Counted from the first letter of the stretch, positions 36,199 to 46,394 are shown. The stretch: DNA of 64,000 bases from Planctomycetota bacterium (GCA_022563885.1 JADFMM010000002.1:6786-70785), one strand, 5' to 3'. The notes: generated by a model from the letters alone, not told the origin. A program made the numbers and translations.

Positions 36199-38540
36199 TC
36201 GCTGCCGAAACAGATGAGCACGAGCAGAAAGGCCGCAGGCCCAAGGCCGGGCAGGTCAAAGAGTGGCTTGCTCCAGGTGGTGGTGATGGGCACCTGCAAG
36301 TGGGGCAGCATGCGGGCGAAGCGATCCAATTCATCCAGCTCTACCACGCGCCCGCCCGTCTGTCGGGCGATGTCCTCCAGGAGGGCGCGATTGACCTGGA
36401 GGGAGGCAAACTCTTGGGCCAGCAGATCGACGGTCCATCCGGTTTCTGCGGCGCCAATTCGGTTCCCCTCGGCATCCGTGATCACGGCGTGGACACTATA
36501 GCCGCCACTGGCGCGTGACACCAGGGTGGTTTCGAAGACCCCGCTTTGATGGGCAACGGGTTGAGCGTTCAGTCGGATGCTGTCTCCTGCGGGGCGTTGA
36601 ATTTCAATCTCGGCGAAGACGTTGTCCAGGGGCTGAAAGTCTTTGTCCCGGGCGTAAACGCGCAGACGGACTGCCTGCTGAGCGAGGTCTGCCCCTTGCA
36701 CCACCTCGACGGATATCCGCTGGGGCACATTGGCGACCAACCAGCGAAGAGTCTGACGCCAGAACTTTTCCATGTCTTCACGCATCTCGGGCGACTGCAA
36801 TCCCCAACGCCAGACATCACCGATGGGTAGCGCCGCGGACCGACCGTTGCCGAAGCGCTGGACTATCAGGGCGGGGTAGCGGGCGTCACGCTCATCGTCC
36901 ACCGTGGCGATCACCTGCGCGCCCGGTTTAACGCCGCGGAGGCGATTCAGCACGCGGAAGTCGGGCATTGCCCGTAGTCGCTCGCGTTCGGCCTGCTCGT
37001 TGTCGCGCAGACGGGCCCAGGGCTGCAGCCAGCCCCCGCGCGTCAAGGCCATGCGGGTTCGCTTGATCCTGGGACTCTCCGGTAGGCGGTCCAAATAGAC
37101 CGGCAGGATGCTGCTGATGGGGGTGTGAGCGTACTGGCCCTGTTGAAAGGATTCCTTGCCGCCCAACATCAGGAAGCCGCCACCGCGCTCGGAGACGAAA
37201 CGACGGATCAGATCCATTTGATCGCGCAGGAAGAACTCGGCTTCGATGTCGTCGAGGATGACGGCGTGGTAGGCGTAGAGTTCTTCGGCCGTGCGGGGAA
37301 ACCCATCCCGAAGTTCCTCCGCGTCACGGGTGTTCAGACGCACCAAGACCGGCTGATCATACTCCTCTGTCTGCTCCTGGTTTTGCGTGTCATAGCCGCG
37401 AAAGAGGGGATTGCTCTGTTCTCCGGCCCGGCCCCGCCAGTCGTACTTGGGTTCTCGCTTGGCCGCCCGGATGAGTCCCACCAGGTGAATCTGTTCGTCT
37501 TCTTCGATGGCGCGACGGAGAAACTTGTATTCCCAATTGGGTCTGCCGGTGACGTAGAGGATACGGTAGGGTCCCTCGTCCCGCTTGACCACGACGGTAC
37601 GCTGGTTGTTGAGCAGGGTGGCTTCCTGGGAACGGTTCTCCTGCTCGGCTGACTCCGCGGGGAGACGCGCTGCGTTGGCGGCGATGGTGTAGAAGAGTAC
37701 GCCGGCCCGCTGCGGACGCAGACGAAAACGGAAACGCTGCTTGTCGTGCCGTTTTTTCAGCAGCCACTTTTTTGTTTGTACGACCGCGCCGGTGCTGTCT
37801 TTCAGATCGACCGAAATCGTCTGGCCGGCAAAGCCTGTCACCGCCACATCCGCCTGGATCGTGACGGGGGCATCTTCAAAGGCCGTCTGAGTGACCGAGA
37901 CATTGGTCACGGCGATGTCTTTGGGAGGGTCTCGGTGGCCGACGACGACCGGATAGACAGGCGGCAAGCCGCTGAGATCATACGCGGGTGTGCTCAGATC
38001 GGTCGGGTTGCCGTCGGTCATGAGCAGGATTCCCGCCAAGGGTTTGTCCTGGAAGCGATCCGCAAGAACGCGCAGGTTTGTGCCGATGGCAGAGGCCTGG
38101 CCGTCGAAGGCCAACTCGGAAAAATCCAAGGTCCGATGAAGCCGTGAATCAAAGAAGTAGCGGCGAATCTCGAAGTTCTCCGCCAGCTTGGCGAGCCAGC
38201 CCGCGGTTTCGGTGTCGAGTGCCTCCCGCAGAAAGTCTCCGCGCCGCTTCGTCTGGCCGACGTCACGGATGGTCATGGTGCTGGAGTTGTCCGCGAGGAT
38301 GGCCAGGCTATTGGCGCCGGCCTTGGCGCGACGACCGATCCACATGGGCTCGAGCAGCCACAGCGCCAGGATCAACACGCCAAGCGTCTTGAGAGCGAAG
38401 CACACCCGGTGGAAGCCGCGCAGCGGGCGTGCACGGCGATAGGACCAGAGCAGGAGAATCAGGGCCGCCAGCAACAGCAATCCGGCGGGGCCCAACCATC
38501 GGCTCGTGGGGATCGCAATGTAGGCGATCGGTGCCATCAT
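36165..38540 (-). CDS. Membrane protein with vWA-like and class-I glutamine-amidotransferase-like (DUF1355-type) domains
   Basis: N-terminal TM helices, LAILADNSSTMTIRD and ILLMTDGNPTD (vWA-like), GGGFLMLGGKESF (GATase1-like), C-terminal TM. ATGA overlap with the upstream stop at 38537-38540. Confidence 0.7.
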   Translation of the reverse strand: MMAPIAYIAIPTSRWLGPAGLLLLAALILLLWSYRRARPLRGFHRVCFALKTLGVLILALWLLEPMWIGRRAKAGANSLAILADNSSTMTIRDVGQTKRRGDFLREALDTETAGWLAKLAENFEIRRYFFDSRLHRTLDFSELAFDGQASAIGTNLRVLADRFQDKPLAGILLMTDGNPTDLSTPAYDLSGLPPVYPVVVGHRDPPKDIAVTNVSVTQTAFEDAPVTIQADVAVTGFAGQTISVDLKDSTGAVVQTKKWLLKKRHDKQRFRFRLRPQRAGVLFYTIAANAARLPAESAEQENRSQEATLLNNQRTVVVKRDEGPYRILYVTGRPNWEYKFLRRAIEEDEQIHLVGLIRAAKREPKYDWRGRAGEQSNPLFRGYDTQNQEQTEEYDQPVLVRLNTRDAEELRDGFPRTAEELYAYHAVILDDIEAEFFLRDQMDLIRRFVSERGGGFLMLGGKESFQQGQYAHTPISSILPVYLDRLPESPRIKRTRMALTRGGWLQPWARLRDNEQAERERLRAMPDFRVLNRLRGVKPGAQVIATVDDERDARYPALIVQRFGNGRSAALPIGDVWRWGLQSPEMREDMEKFWRQTLRWLVANVPQRISVEVVQGADLAQQAVRLRVYARDKDFQPLDNVFAEIEIQRPAGDSIRLNAQPVAHQSGVFETTLVSRASGGYSVHAVITDAEGNRIGAAETGWTVDLLAQEFASLQVNRALLEDIARQTGGRVVELDELDRFARMLPHLQVPITTTWSKPLFDLPGLGPAAFLLVLICFGSEWALRRWKGMP

Positions 38541-41500
38541 CGCTTTTCTCCCAATTCCTCGAAGTAGCTGCGGACCCTGTCCGCGTAGCGCTCCGGCACG
38601 GGATCGCGATCTATGGGCACGAGGTCGTCGTCGCCCTGCAACTGGGCCAGCTTGTCACCGATCAGTTTTTGCAGCTCAATCAGCGGGCGTGTAATGTGCT
38701 CTTGAACCAGGTCCCACTGGGGTTCCTTGCCATGGCGTGTGAAGTCGGACCGCAGCATGCGGGCTCGGTCTCTGACGTTGGCCGCTTCGTTTCGCAATTC
38801 GGGCTCGGTCAGCATGTCCTCCACATCCCGCAGTCGTTCCGACCACTGGCGGAAGTTGCCGCCGGTGAAGGGACCGGCTGGGTTGATCTCTGGACCCGTC
38901 GCACCACCACCAGGGTCTCCACCGATGGCGCGTCCGTCCGCCCAGGTGCCCGCGCGGACAGCGTCGCGGGGCGTCCCCCCGGCCTGTGCCGGTGACCTCT
39001 GCCCCCGCTGTCCCCGGCCTCCCTGGCCTCCCTGGCCTCCCTGGCCTTGTCCTCGAGCCTGTTGCTGTCCCTGACCCCTTTGGCCTTCGCCCTGGCCTGG
39101 TTGTTGCCCCTGGCCACCTTGGCCTGGTTCCTGGGCCTGTTCTTGTCCCTGGCTACCTTGGTCACCGGCTTGAGCCTGTTGCCGGCCCTGCCGCGGGGTA
39201 TTCTCACCCCCCGTCCCACGTTGAGCGGATGCGAATTCGTCGGGACGATTGGGGTCATTGGGGTCGTCCGCTCGCCTGCGACCCGTCACCTGGTCGATCA
39301 GTTCACCAAGTTCCGCTCTGGCCTGTCGCAGGGCCTCGGCATCATCGCCGAGCACGCTACGGGCGGCCTCCTCCACGCCCCGGCTCATCCGTTCGATGCC
39401 TTCGCCGGCCGGACGTTCCGATTCGAAGGCCTGTGGCAGGAAGTTCCGTCTCAGCAGTTCTCCGGTGATCTCGAGGGCGCTATCGATGTTGCCGGTGGTT
39501 GCTTCCCGCAGGGTATCGTAGAGCTTTCGGGACAGCAGAGGCTCGGAGATCTCCGAGAGGTCACTCAGCTCCCGCATCTGCTCCAGCAGGTCCTTCGTTT
39601 TTTGCTGCTGGTCGCCCACCCGGCTGGCCAATTCCCTGTTCTTGCCGGCATCGGCAAGGCTCTTGCGGTCGGGGTCGATCTCTTCGGCTATTTCCTCGGA
39701 GATCTCCTGTTGCCGTCGGTCCAGCGCTTGGACCTGGTCGCGTAGCTCGCGCATCTCTTCGACAAACTGGCTCGAGCTGCGCCGGCGAAAGTCATCCCGT
39801 AGTTCCTCCAGTTGACGCTGGGCCCGCGTAGTGGAACTGATGGCCTCGGAGACATTTCCCTGCTCCAACTGCTCGGTGGACTGCTGCATCCGTTCGCGGG
39901 TCTCGTTGAGCCGTTGCCGCGCCTCGGCCATGCGCTGCCGGTTCTGGGACTGATCCATCCGCTGCTGCAACTCGTCGACATCACGGAGGGCCTCGATCTG
40001 CTCTTCCCGCAGGCGTTTGAGTTCCCGCCGAATCTCCTCTTTCTCCTCCTCGGTCCGGGCCTGTCGCAGGGCGGCCTCGGCCTCCTTGAGCTTCTCGGCC
40101 ATCTCATGTTGGCGCCGCGCCAGCGTTCGTAGCCGGTTGTGAACTACGAGTTCCTCGCGCTGCGTCGCCTGCGCTTGGGACTGCGCGAGGCGCTGGCTCT
40201 CGTAGCGGTCCTCCTCTTGGGTCAGCTCCAATTGCCGCAGCTGTTCTTCGTAGCGGGCGGAGCCGCCTCCACCGCCGCCGCCACCCCCCTGGGCGCGGGC
40301 GATCTGATGCTCCCGTGCCCGCAGTTTGAGCAGTTCCTGGTAGGCGGACTGTTCCTGACTCAGGGCGGGCGCCAGTTCTGAGGCCTGGCCCGCTTCCGCC
40401 GCCTGGCTTAGATGGCCCAGTGAGCCTTCCATGTAATCCATTGCCGTCCGCAGGGCGTCGAGGGCGGCAGGATCTTCCGCCTCGGCCTGGGCGGCTTCGG
40501 CCTGGGCCAAGGCGTCGGCTTGAGCGTCGCGCACCACCTCCAGGTCTTCCCGGAAGTCGTTCGCGTCACGGGCGCGGTCCAGCTGCTGCTTCACATTCCA
40601 GGTCGCGATGATGATCTCTTTTTGTAACTGCGTCAGCTTTTGGCCGGGCGAGTTCCGTTGCTGACCGCTTGGGCCGCCCTGTTGATTGCGGTCATTCTGT
40701 GAGGCGGGGCTCTCGCGGAAGATCTCATCGAAGGGACGTATCTCCGCGAAGTACATGTCACTCACCGTCCGCCGCGCCACGCCCCCGGGGCCAATGTCCT
40801 CCGCCCAGAAGTGGTAGGTGAGCAGTTGATCGGGCTGGGCATTCACATCCTCCAACGCCAACAGGTAGCGCAGCGTCTGCTGCTGCCCTAGGTCGGTCGT
40901 CGAGGCGCCCAGAGAGAGGGTCTCGGTTTGGCCTCCGGCCAGCGTAAAACTGAGCCCATAGTCAGTCAGCCCGTAGTCGTCTGTGATCTGGGCCTCCAAT
41001 GTCAGTTCCTCCAGGGGGGAGGTCACGATGTCCCGATTGGGGAAGAGGGGTTTGAGATCCGGGGGCAGATTTGTGTGTACTTCGACACCGAAGCGAGGGG
41101 GCATCTTGTTCTTTAGTCCCCGCGCGTCGGTGAGATGGAGGTGGTAGCGCTCGGAGCGTTGGGCTGTGAAGGCAGTCGTGTAGACGTTGGGGTGTTCCGC
41201 GCTGACAATCAGTTCGACCGGTGGCCCCTCCTTGGGGACGAGTTGGGCTACGGCAACGGGTTTGTTCAGCATGAAAGTCAGCGTCACCTCGGAACCTTCC
41301 ACCACGCTCACGCGGCGCGTGTCGGCGATCAGTTTTTCGGCCAGCTTGGTGTAGGCCGGATAGACGATCTTGGCATCGGCACGCGTCAAAGCGGGATGCT
41401 CGATGACCTTGATCCGGTAGTCGCGTGAACGGCCTTCGGCGAACTCGATATGATAGACCATGTTGGAGGTGACTTCCGGAACGATGCCGCCGAACACCGG

Positions 41501-42208
41501 ATCGTTCAGGTTCTTTGCGAGGCTGACGCGCAGTAACTCTTCCTCATCGTCGCCGTAGACCAGCGCAGCGGCGCTGGGCACCAGATCGTCGAAGCGGGCC
41601 ACGATCACCACCGGGGCGCCCAGTTCGACGGTGGTGTCACCCGGGCTCACGGTCACGGAATAGTCTCGTTTGGCCAAGACACCCCGCTGGACGGGCGGCA
41701 GCAGGGAGAAGGCCGGCAGCAACTGAGCCAGGACGAAGAAGAGCAGCGCCAGCGCCGCGAGTCGGCCCAGTTTCGCCCACACCAGGGTCCCGGTGGGGAC
41801 ACTCTTTACCCAGTCATGGGAGGTGGCATGGACGACGGCTTCTCTGATCAGTCCTTTTTGTAGGTATCCAAATTCGCCATCCGCCGCCTGCGGGCGCTGC
41901 TCGATCGCGGCGCGGATCATGGCCTTGAGATCGGGATGAGACTGTTCAATGCGTCGGGCCACGTCAGCGTAATCGGGCTGCATGGCTTTTGATCGGATGA
42001 GCACCCGTAGCGTGCCGAGGAGTGTTGCAGCGCACAGGACGGCCATCGCCCAGAGAGAACTCCATGCCCATAGCCAATGGACCCCGATGAGCAGCAGACC
42101 CAGGACTGCCGCCACCAGCCAAATGAGACCGAGACCTCGGGCGAGAAACAGGCCCTTGCGACGTTTCACCAGCGGTTCGAGTTGTTCACGCAAGAGGTTT
42201 TCGATCAT
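38537..42208 (-). CDS. Large membrane-anchored coiled-coil / low-complexity protein (DUF4175-like)
   Basis: Two or three TM helices near the N-terminus, a beta-rich middle, then about 600 aa of E/R/Q-rich heptad-like sequence, a G8 run and a Q/G tract. Start set at ATG 42208 (MIENLLREQ), which forms an ATGA overlap with the BatA stop. ORF-track start is 42310. Confidence 0.7.
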   Translation of the reverse strand: MIENLLREQLEPLVKRRKGLFLARGLGLIWLVAAVLGLLLIGVHWLWAWSSLWAMAVLCAATLLGTLRVLIRSKAMQPDYADVARRIEQSHPDLKAMIRAAIEQRPQAADGEFGYLQKGLIREAVVHATSHDWVKSVPTGTLVWAKLGRLAALALLFFVLAQLLPAFSLLPPVQRGVLAKRDYSVTVSPGDTTVELGAPVVIVARFDDLVPSAAALVYGDDEEELLRVSLAKNLNDPVFGGIVPEVTSNMVYHIEFAEGRSRDYRIKVIEHPALTRADAKIVYPAYTKLAEKLIADTRRVSVVEGSEVTLTFMLNKPVAVAQLVPKEGPPVELIVSAEHPNVYTTAFTAQRSERYHLHLTDARGLKNKMPPRFGVEVHTNLPPDLKPLFPNRDIVTSPLEELTLEAQITDDYGLTDYGLSFTLAGGQTETLSLGASTTDLGQQQTLRYLLALEDVNAQPDQLLTYHFWAEDIGPGGVARRTVSDMYFAEIRPFDEIFRESPASQNDRNQQGGPSGQQRNSPGQKLTQLQKEIIIATWNVKQQLDRARDANDFREDLEVVRDAQADALAQAEAAQAEAEDPAALDALRTAMDYMEGSLGHLSQAAEAGQASELAPALSQEQSAYQELLKLRAREHQIARAQGGGGGGGGGSARYEEQLRQLELTQEEDRYESQRLAQSQAQATQREELVVHNRLRTLARRQHEMAEKLKEAEAALRQARTEEEKEEIRRELKRLREEQIEALRDVDELQQRMDQSQNRQRMAEARQRLNETRERMQQSTEQLEQGNVSEAISSTTRAQRQLEELRDDFRRRSSSQFVEEMRELRDQVQALDRRQQEISEEIAEEIDPDRKSLADAGKNRELASRVGDQQQKTKDLLEQMRELSDLSEISEPLLSRKLYDTLREATTGNIDSALEITGELLRRNFLPQAFESERPAGEGIERMSRGVEEAARSVLGDDAEALRQARAELGELIDQVTGRRRADDPNDPNRPDEFASAQRGTGGENTPRQGRQQAQAGDQGSQGQEQAQEPGQGGQGQQPGQGEGQRGQGQQQARGQGQGGQGGQGGRGQRGQRSPAQAGGTPRDAVRAGTWADGRAIGGDPGGGATGPEINPAGPFTGGNFRQWSERLRDVEDMLTEPELRNEAANVRDRARMLRSDFTRHGKEPQWDLVQEHITRPLIELQKLIGDKLAQLQGDDDLVPIDRDPVPERYADRVRSYFEELGEKR

Positions 42209-44334
42209 GTCGGTTCTCCCGGAATCAGCGGCACCGGCCGTGTGAGCCAGCCGGCCAGCCAAATTTCTATCAACAGCGCCACCAACAGAATCAGCACGAT
42301 GCGACGCCAAATCTGCTGCTGGGATTCGATCTCTGTGCGGCCGGTCAGCAGTCGGGTCTGTTCGGTTTCACGGATGACGTCTTCAGGGGCGCCGGCGAGA
42401 CGCACCCCCAGTTTTTCGAGGTCGTCGAGCGCTAGGGGGGCGGTCCGGGATTCTTCCGTGGGCAGGTTCACCGCAAAAACGCGACTCCCAGACGCTCCGC
42501 CAAGTTGGTAGAGGCCGGGAAGATCGGTTTCGGAAAAATGCTCCCAGCCCTCCTCGATGGGGACCCGCGAGTCATCCGGCTTGCGAACCTCCGGCCGCGG
42601 AGATCCGGTGAGAACGTCGCGGGGCAGGGGGACGGCATCCCCGATCGCGTACTGTGACTCGCGGGCGGCCATGACGCCGCTATACTCCAGGATGGAATAG
42701 ATGAGCGAGACAAACTTAGAGGAGAGGGCCAGATCACTGTCCCCTGGATGCCAGGCGGCGGTCCACACCAGCAGTTTGCCCTTGCCGACGCTTACCTCAA
42801 ACCAGGCGGGGTCACCGGTGTCAAAATGGGCCAAGACCCGCGCCCCCAGATCCTCCGGTAGCGTGACGCGCCGATGCCGCCAGAAGTGGATGTGGGTGAA
42901 GTCACCGAAACGTGGTTCGGCAAAGGGGACCAGCAGCGGATGCGAGAAATCCATCCGGCCCAGCATACTGTAGTGGCCCGTCCCGGTAGACGCCTCTTCC
43001 TCTTCCGCCTGGAGGTCGTTGCGGCCCGTGAGATGGGCCAGCGTCTCGATGTCGGCGGGGGCCTTGAGGACCAGCCAGAGGGTCCGTCCCGAATCGAGGT
43101 AACGACGCAGAGCGGCCTGGCCATTCCCCACCACCGGCTCCGTCACGACGACCATTTGGGCGTCTTCGATGTCGATCGTGGGGAAGGGGCGGTGGCTGGG
43201 CCGAGCCAAGACGCGTATGTTGAGACCATTATCGGCCTCTAGGGCCCGCCGCAGATAGTATAGCATGCCTTGGGGATCGTTAGGGTCATCGGGGCCGAGG
43301 TAGACGATGTTCGTCGAACGTTCCAGCGGGGGGGCGATATAGAGCGTATTGTCGAAATCATGATCGTCGCCGGTCAGGACAAGAGCGTGTCCCCCGGATG
43401 ATCCCGGTGGCTGTGGTACACGCACGACGGTGCTCTGGCCCGGCATGACGGTGACATGGGCCACTTCTTCACCCATCTTGTCGCCGGCGGTGTTGCTCCA
43501 GCTCAATCCGAAATGATCGGTGACGGCGTCCGATGAGTTGCCGACGCGGACCCGAATATGCCCGCCCGTCCCCGCACTGCCGCTGTCTTGACTTGTGACA
43601 AGCTGTAGGCTCGCGTTTGTCTTGCCGCCTGCTTTCAGTTGTTTGACGGTCAGTCGGGTGTCTGAGGGCCATTCATAGGCATGGAGGGCCTCCAAGAGGC
43701 AGCCCTCCTGCAGGTCACTGATCAGAATGATTTCCTGGCCACTCGGCACGGATTCATCGTCGACGTCGTCGTCCTCCAGAGTCTCGGCGGCAATGACCAA
43801 GGCCTGGCCGAGGTGGGTCCCACGCCAACTGGGCCGCAGTTCTTTCAGGTGTTCGGCGACCGCGGGCAGCCGCTGGTCGGCCTCCAGTTGGTTCCACTCT
43901 TCGAAGCCGATCAAGGTTTGCGTGGTTTGGTCGAAGCTCATCACGCAGACGCGGTCCTCCGGGGTTGCCTGTTCCAATTCGACCTGGGCAGCCTCCAAGG
44001 CCTGCGTCCAAAGGTCCGCGCGTCGCATGGAGCCACTGGTATCGATAAGCAGCACGATCTGTCGGCCCTGACGCAGGCTCCGCTGCGGAAGCGAGCCTGG
44101 GAAGAAAGGGCGGGCGAAGGCGAAGGCCAGCAGGCAGACCACGAGACATCGAAGCAGCAGCAAGGGCAGATTTTCCAAACGGCTGCGTCGCTGAAAGCGG
44201 GGCGGCGTCGGGCGGAGAAACATGAGCGTGCTAAAGGTGACTCGAGTCCGGGTGGAGCGCCGGATCAAGTGCAGCAAGATGGGAACACCGACGGCAGCCG
44301 CGCCTGCCAGGAATAGGGGGAAAAGAAAACTCAT
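42205..44334 (-). CDS. BatA-domain / von Willebrand factor A membrane protein
   Basis: MSFLFPLFLAGAAAVGVPILLHLIRR (BatA N-terminal double-TM signature), MIDAS-type VLLIDTSGSM, C-terminal TM. ATGA overlap with DUF58. Confidence 0.85.
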   Translation of the reverse strand: MSFLFPLFLAGAAAVGVPILLHLIRRSTRTRVTFSTLMFLRPTPPRFQRRSRLENLPLLLLRCLVVCLLAFAFARPFFPGSLPQRSLRQGRQIVLLIDTSGSMRRADLWTQALEAAQVELEQATPEDRVCVMSFDQTTQTLIGFEEWNQLEADQRLPAVAEHLKELRPSWRGTHLGQALVIAAETLEDDDVDDESVPSGQEIILISDLQEGCLLEALHAYEWPSDTRLTVKQLKAGGKTNASLQLVTSQDSGSAGTGGHIRVRVGNSSDAVTDHFGLSWSNTAGDKMGEEVAHVTVMPGQSTVVRVPQPPGSSGGHALVLTGDDHDFDNTLYIAPPLERSTNIVYLGPDDPNDPQGMLYYLRRALEADNGLNIRVLARPSHRPFPTIDIEDAQMVVVTEPVVGNGQAALRRYLDSGRTLWLVLKAPADIETLAHLTGRNDLQAEEEEASTGTGHYSMLGRMDFSHPLLVPFAEPRFGDFTHIHFWRHRRVTLPEDLGARVLAHFDTGDPAWFEVSVGKGKLLVWTAAWHPGDSDLALSSKFVSLIYSILEYSGVMAARESQYAIGDAVPLPRDVLTGSPRPEVRKPDDSRVPIEEGWEHFSETDLPGLYQLGGASGSRVFAVNLPTEESRTAPLALDDLEKLGVRLAGAPEDVIRETEQTRLLTGRTEIESQQQIWRRIVLILLVALLIEIWLAGWLTRPVPLIPGEPT

Positions 44335-45308
44335 GCCGAACTCCTGGCCTGGGCGTGGACGTTGGGTCGTATTTGCTTGCGCCGCCGGCTACGGCCCTGC
44401 AGGAATTCCATGAGGGCCAAATCGAAGGGCCGGTCCGTCGCAAACAAATGGTAATCAATCCCCAGTTTTTGGCAGATGGACTGCGCCTGCGCCAGGTGTT
44501 TGTCCAGCCGCTGACGATAGGCTTGCTGCGCCGATCGAGGATCCACGTACATGTCCTGTCCGGTCTCGACATCCTCGAATAGGGCGGGTACGTCGAAGGA
44601 GAAGTTCAACTCCGCCGGGTCCAGGATGTGGAAGAGCACCACATCGTGCCCCTCCGCACAGAGGGCCCCAAGATCCTGTTCCAGCCGGTCAATCGAAGTC
44701 AGCAGGTCAGAGATCAACACGACGATACCGCGTCGCCTCAGTAGCTGGGCAATGCGTTGCAGTGGCGGTCCCAGGTTGGTGCTGCTGCCCTGGGGATCGC
44801 CTTCCAGCGCCAACATCATGCGGTGGAGGAAGCTCGGTCGATTACGGGCGGGCATGTACTGGCGAATCTGCTCATCAAAGGTCGCCAAGCCGACGGCGTC
44901 GCCCTGGGTGAAGAGAAAGCGGGCGAGCGTCGCCGCCAGCGTGCCGGCATACTGTGACTTGTTGTACGCCAGAGATCCGTAGCCCATCGAACGGCTGTGA
45001 TCGACGAGCAGGTGGCAACGTAGGTTGGTCTCGTCTTCGTACTTCTTGATATAGAGGCGGTCGCTCCGCGCGTAGAGTCGCCAGTCGATGTAGCGGGGGT
45101 CGTCACCGGCCGTGTAGGCCCGGTACTCGGTGAACTCGGAGGAGAAGCCGTGATAGGGGCTGCGGTGAATGCCGCGCCAGAAGCCTTCCACGATCACCTT
45201 GGCGCGCAACTCCATCGATTTGATCTTCATCAACGAAGCCGGGTCGATCAGGCCCGTCTTGGCCGAGCCTGTCCCCGGCGCGCGGGTTTGTCTCGCTGAC
45301 GAGCTCAC
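44331..45308 (-). CDS. DUF58 domain protein (vWA-like, MoxR partner)
   Basis: GIHRSPYHGFSSEFTEYRAYTAGDDPRYIDWR and LLVDHSRSMGYGS are typical of DUF58. GTGA overlap with the MoxR stop. Confidence 0.88.
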   Translation of the reverse strand: MSSSARQTRAPGTGSAKTGLIDPASLMKIKSMELRAKVIVEGFWRGIHRSPYHGFSSEFTEYRAYTAGDDPRYIDWRLYARSDRLYIKKYEDETNLRCHLLVDHSRSMGYGSLAYNKSQYAGTLAATLARFLFTQGDAVGLATFDEQIRQYMPARNRPSFLHRMMLALEGDPQGSSTNLGPPLQRIAQLLRRRGIVVLISDLLTSIDRLEQDLGALCAEGHDVVLFHILDPAELNFSFDVPALFEDVETGQDMYVDPRSAQQAYRQRLDKHLAQAQSICQKLGIDYHLFATDRPFDLALMEFLQGRSRRRKQIRPNVHAQARSSA

Positions 45309-46312
45309 CTGCCTTGGTCCGCCGGAACCGCCTCGAGCAGGCGGTCAATGAGATCTTCAATATCCACACTTTCCGCCTCGGCGCGGTAGTTGATCAGCAC
45401 GCGATGCCGCAGGACCGGGTGCGCCAGGGCCTCGATATCTGCAAACTTGACGTGGGTCCGGCCGTCCAGCAGGGCACGTACCTTGGCCCCCAAGACCATG
45501 TACTGGGAGGCCCGCAATCCGGCACCCCAGGTCACCCAGTCGTTGATGAAGTCGGGCGATTTCTCCTGTCCGGGTCGTGAGGCCGCGGCCAGGCGCACGG
45601 CATAGCGCACGACGTCCTGGGCGATGGGGACCTTGCGGACCACGCCGTGAAAGCGGATCAAGTCTGCGCCGCTGAAGACCGATTGGATGGGCTCAGGGTC
45701 GGTGGTCGTGATCTGAGACACCACGGCGATCTCCTCTTCTTCCGGGAGATAGCCTATGCGCACGTTGAACATGAACCGATCCAATTGCGCCTCGGGAAGG
45801 GGGTAGGTCCCTTCCATCTCGATGGGGTTTTGGGTGGCAAAGACGAAGAAGGGCTCGCTTAACACATGTGTGATCCCCACGGCCGTGACCTGATGCTCCT
45901 GCATCGCTTCCAGCAGGGCCGCCTGCGTCTTCGGGGGGGTACGGTTGATTTCATCGGCCAGGATCATGTTGGCGAAGATAGGACCCTCGACGAAGACCAT
46001 GCGGCGATGTCCCTGCGTCTCCTCCAGGATCTCCGTACCGGTAATATCCGCAGGCATGAGGTCCGGGGTGAATTGAATCCGTTGGAAGGTCAGGTCAAAG
46101 AGTTGGGCCAAGGAGCTCACCAAGAGGGTCTTGGCCAGGCCTGGCGCGCCGGTCAGCAGGCAGTGTCCCCCAGCCAACACCGCGATGAACAACTGCTCGA
46201 TGACGTCGTGCTGGCCAACGATTACCTTGGAGAGTTCGGCCCGCATCTTCTCGCGGGCCTCTTTGATCTCCTCAACCGCCAAGCGCTCGGATTCGTACTG
46301 CTCAGTCGTCAA
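45305..46312 (-). CDS. MoxR-family AAA+ ATPase
   Basis: VIVGQHDVIEQLFIAVLAGGHCLLTGAPGLAKT (Walker A), ILADEINRTPPKTQAALLEAMQE (Walker B/sensor), and TQNPIEMEGTYPLPEAQLDRF. TTG start at 46312. Confidence 0.93.
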   Translation of the reverse strand: MTTEQYESERLAVEEIKEAREKMRAELSKVIVGQHDVIEQLFIAVLAGGHCLLTGAPGLAKTLLVSSLAQLFDLTFQRIQFTPDLMPADITGTEILEETQGHRRMVFVEGPIFANMILADEINRTPPKTQAALLEAMQEHQVTAVGITHVLSEPFFVFATQNPIEMEGTYPLPEAQLDRFMFNVRIGYLPEEEEIAVVSQITTTDPEPIQSVFSGADLIRFHGVVRKVPIAQDVVRYAVRLAAASRPGQEKSPDFINDWVTWGAGLRASQYMVLGAKVRALLDGRTHVKFADIEALAHPVLRHRVLINYRAEAESVDIEDLIDRLLEAVPADQGR

Positions 46313-46330
46313 GGGTCATTCCTTTCTTTT

Positions 46331-46394
46331 GTGGGTCCATGGGTCTGTGGGTCCGTAGGTCTGTGGGTCAGTAGGTCCATGGGTCAGTGGGTCA
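46331..46394. repeat. Tandem array of eight 8-bp units (consensus RTRGGTCN)
   Basis: The units are GTGGGTCC ATGGGTCT GTGGGTCC GTAGGTCT GTGGGTCA GTAGGTCC ATGGGTCA GTGGGTCA. The array fills the only non-overlapping junction of the operon (DUF4159 stop to moxR start) and runs into the last three DUF4159 codons. Confidence 0.9.

Noticed and set aside
46331-46394. Considered whether the tandem repeat could be a CRISPR array or coding repeat.
   Set aside because: The units are 8 bp with no spacers, and no cas genes are present. The 8-bp period is out of frame for coding. It is kept only as a simple tandem repeat.
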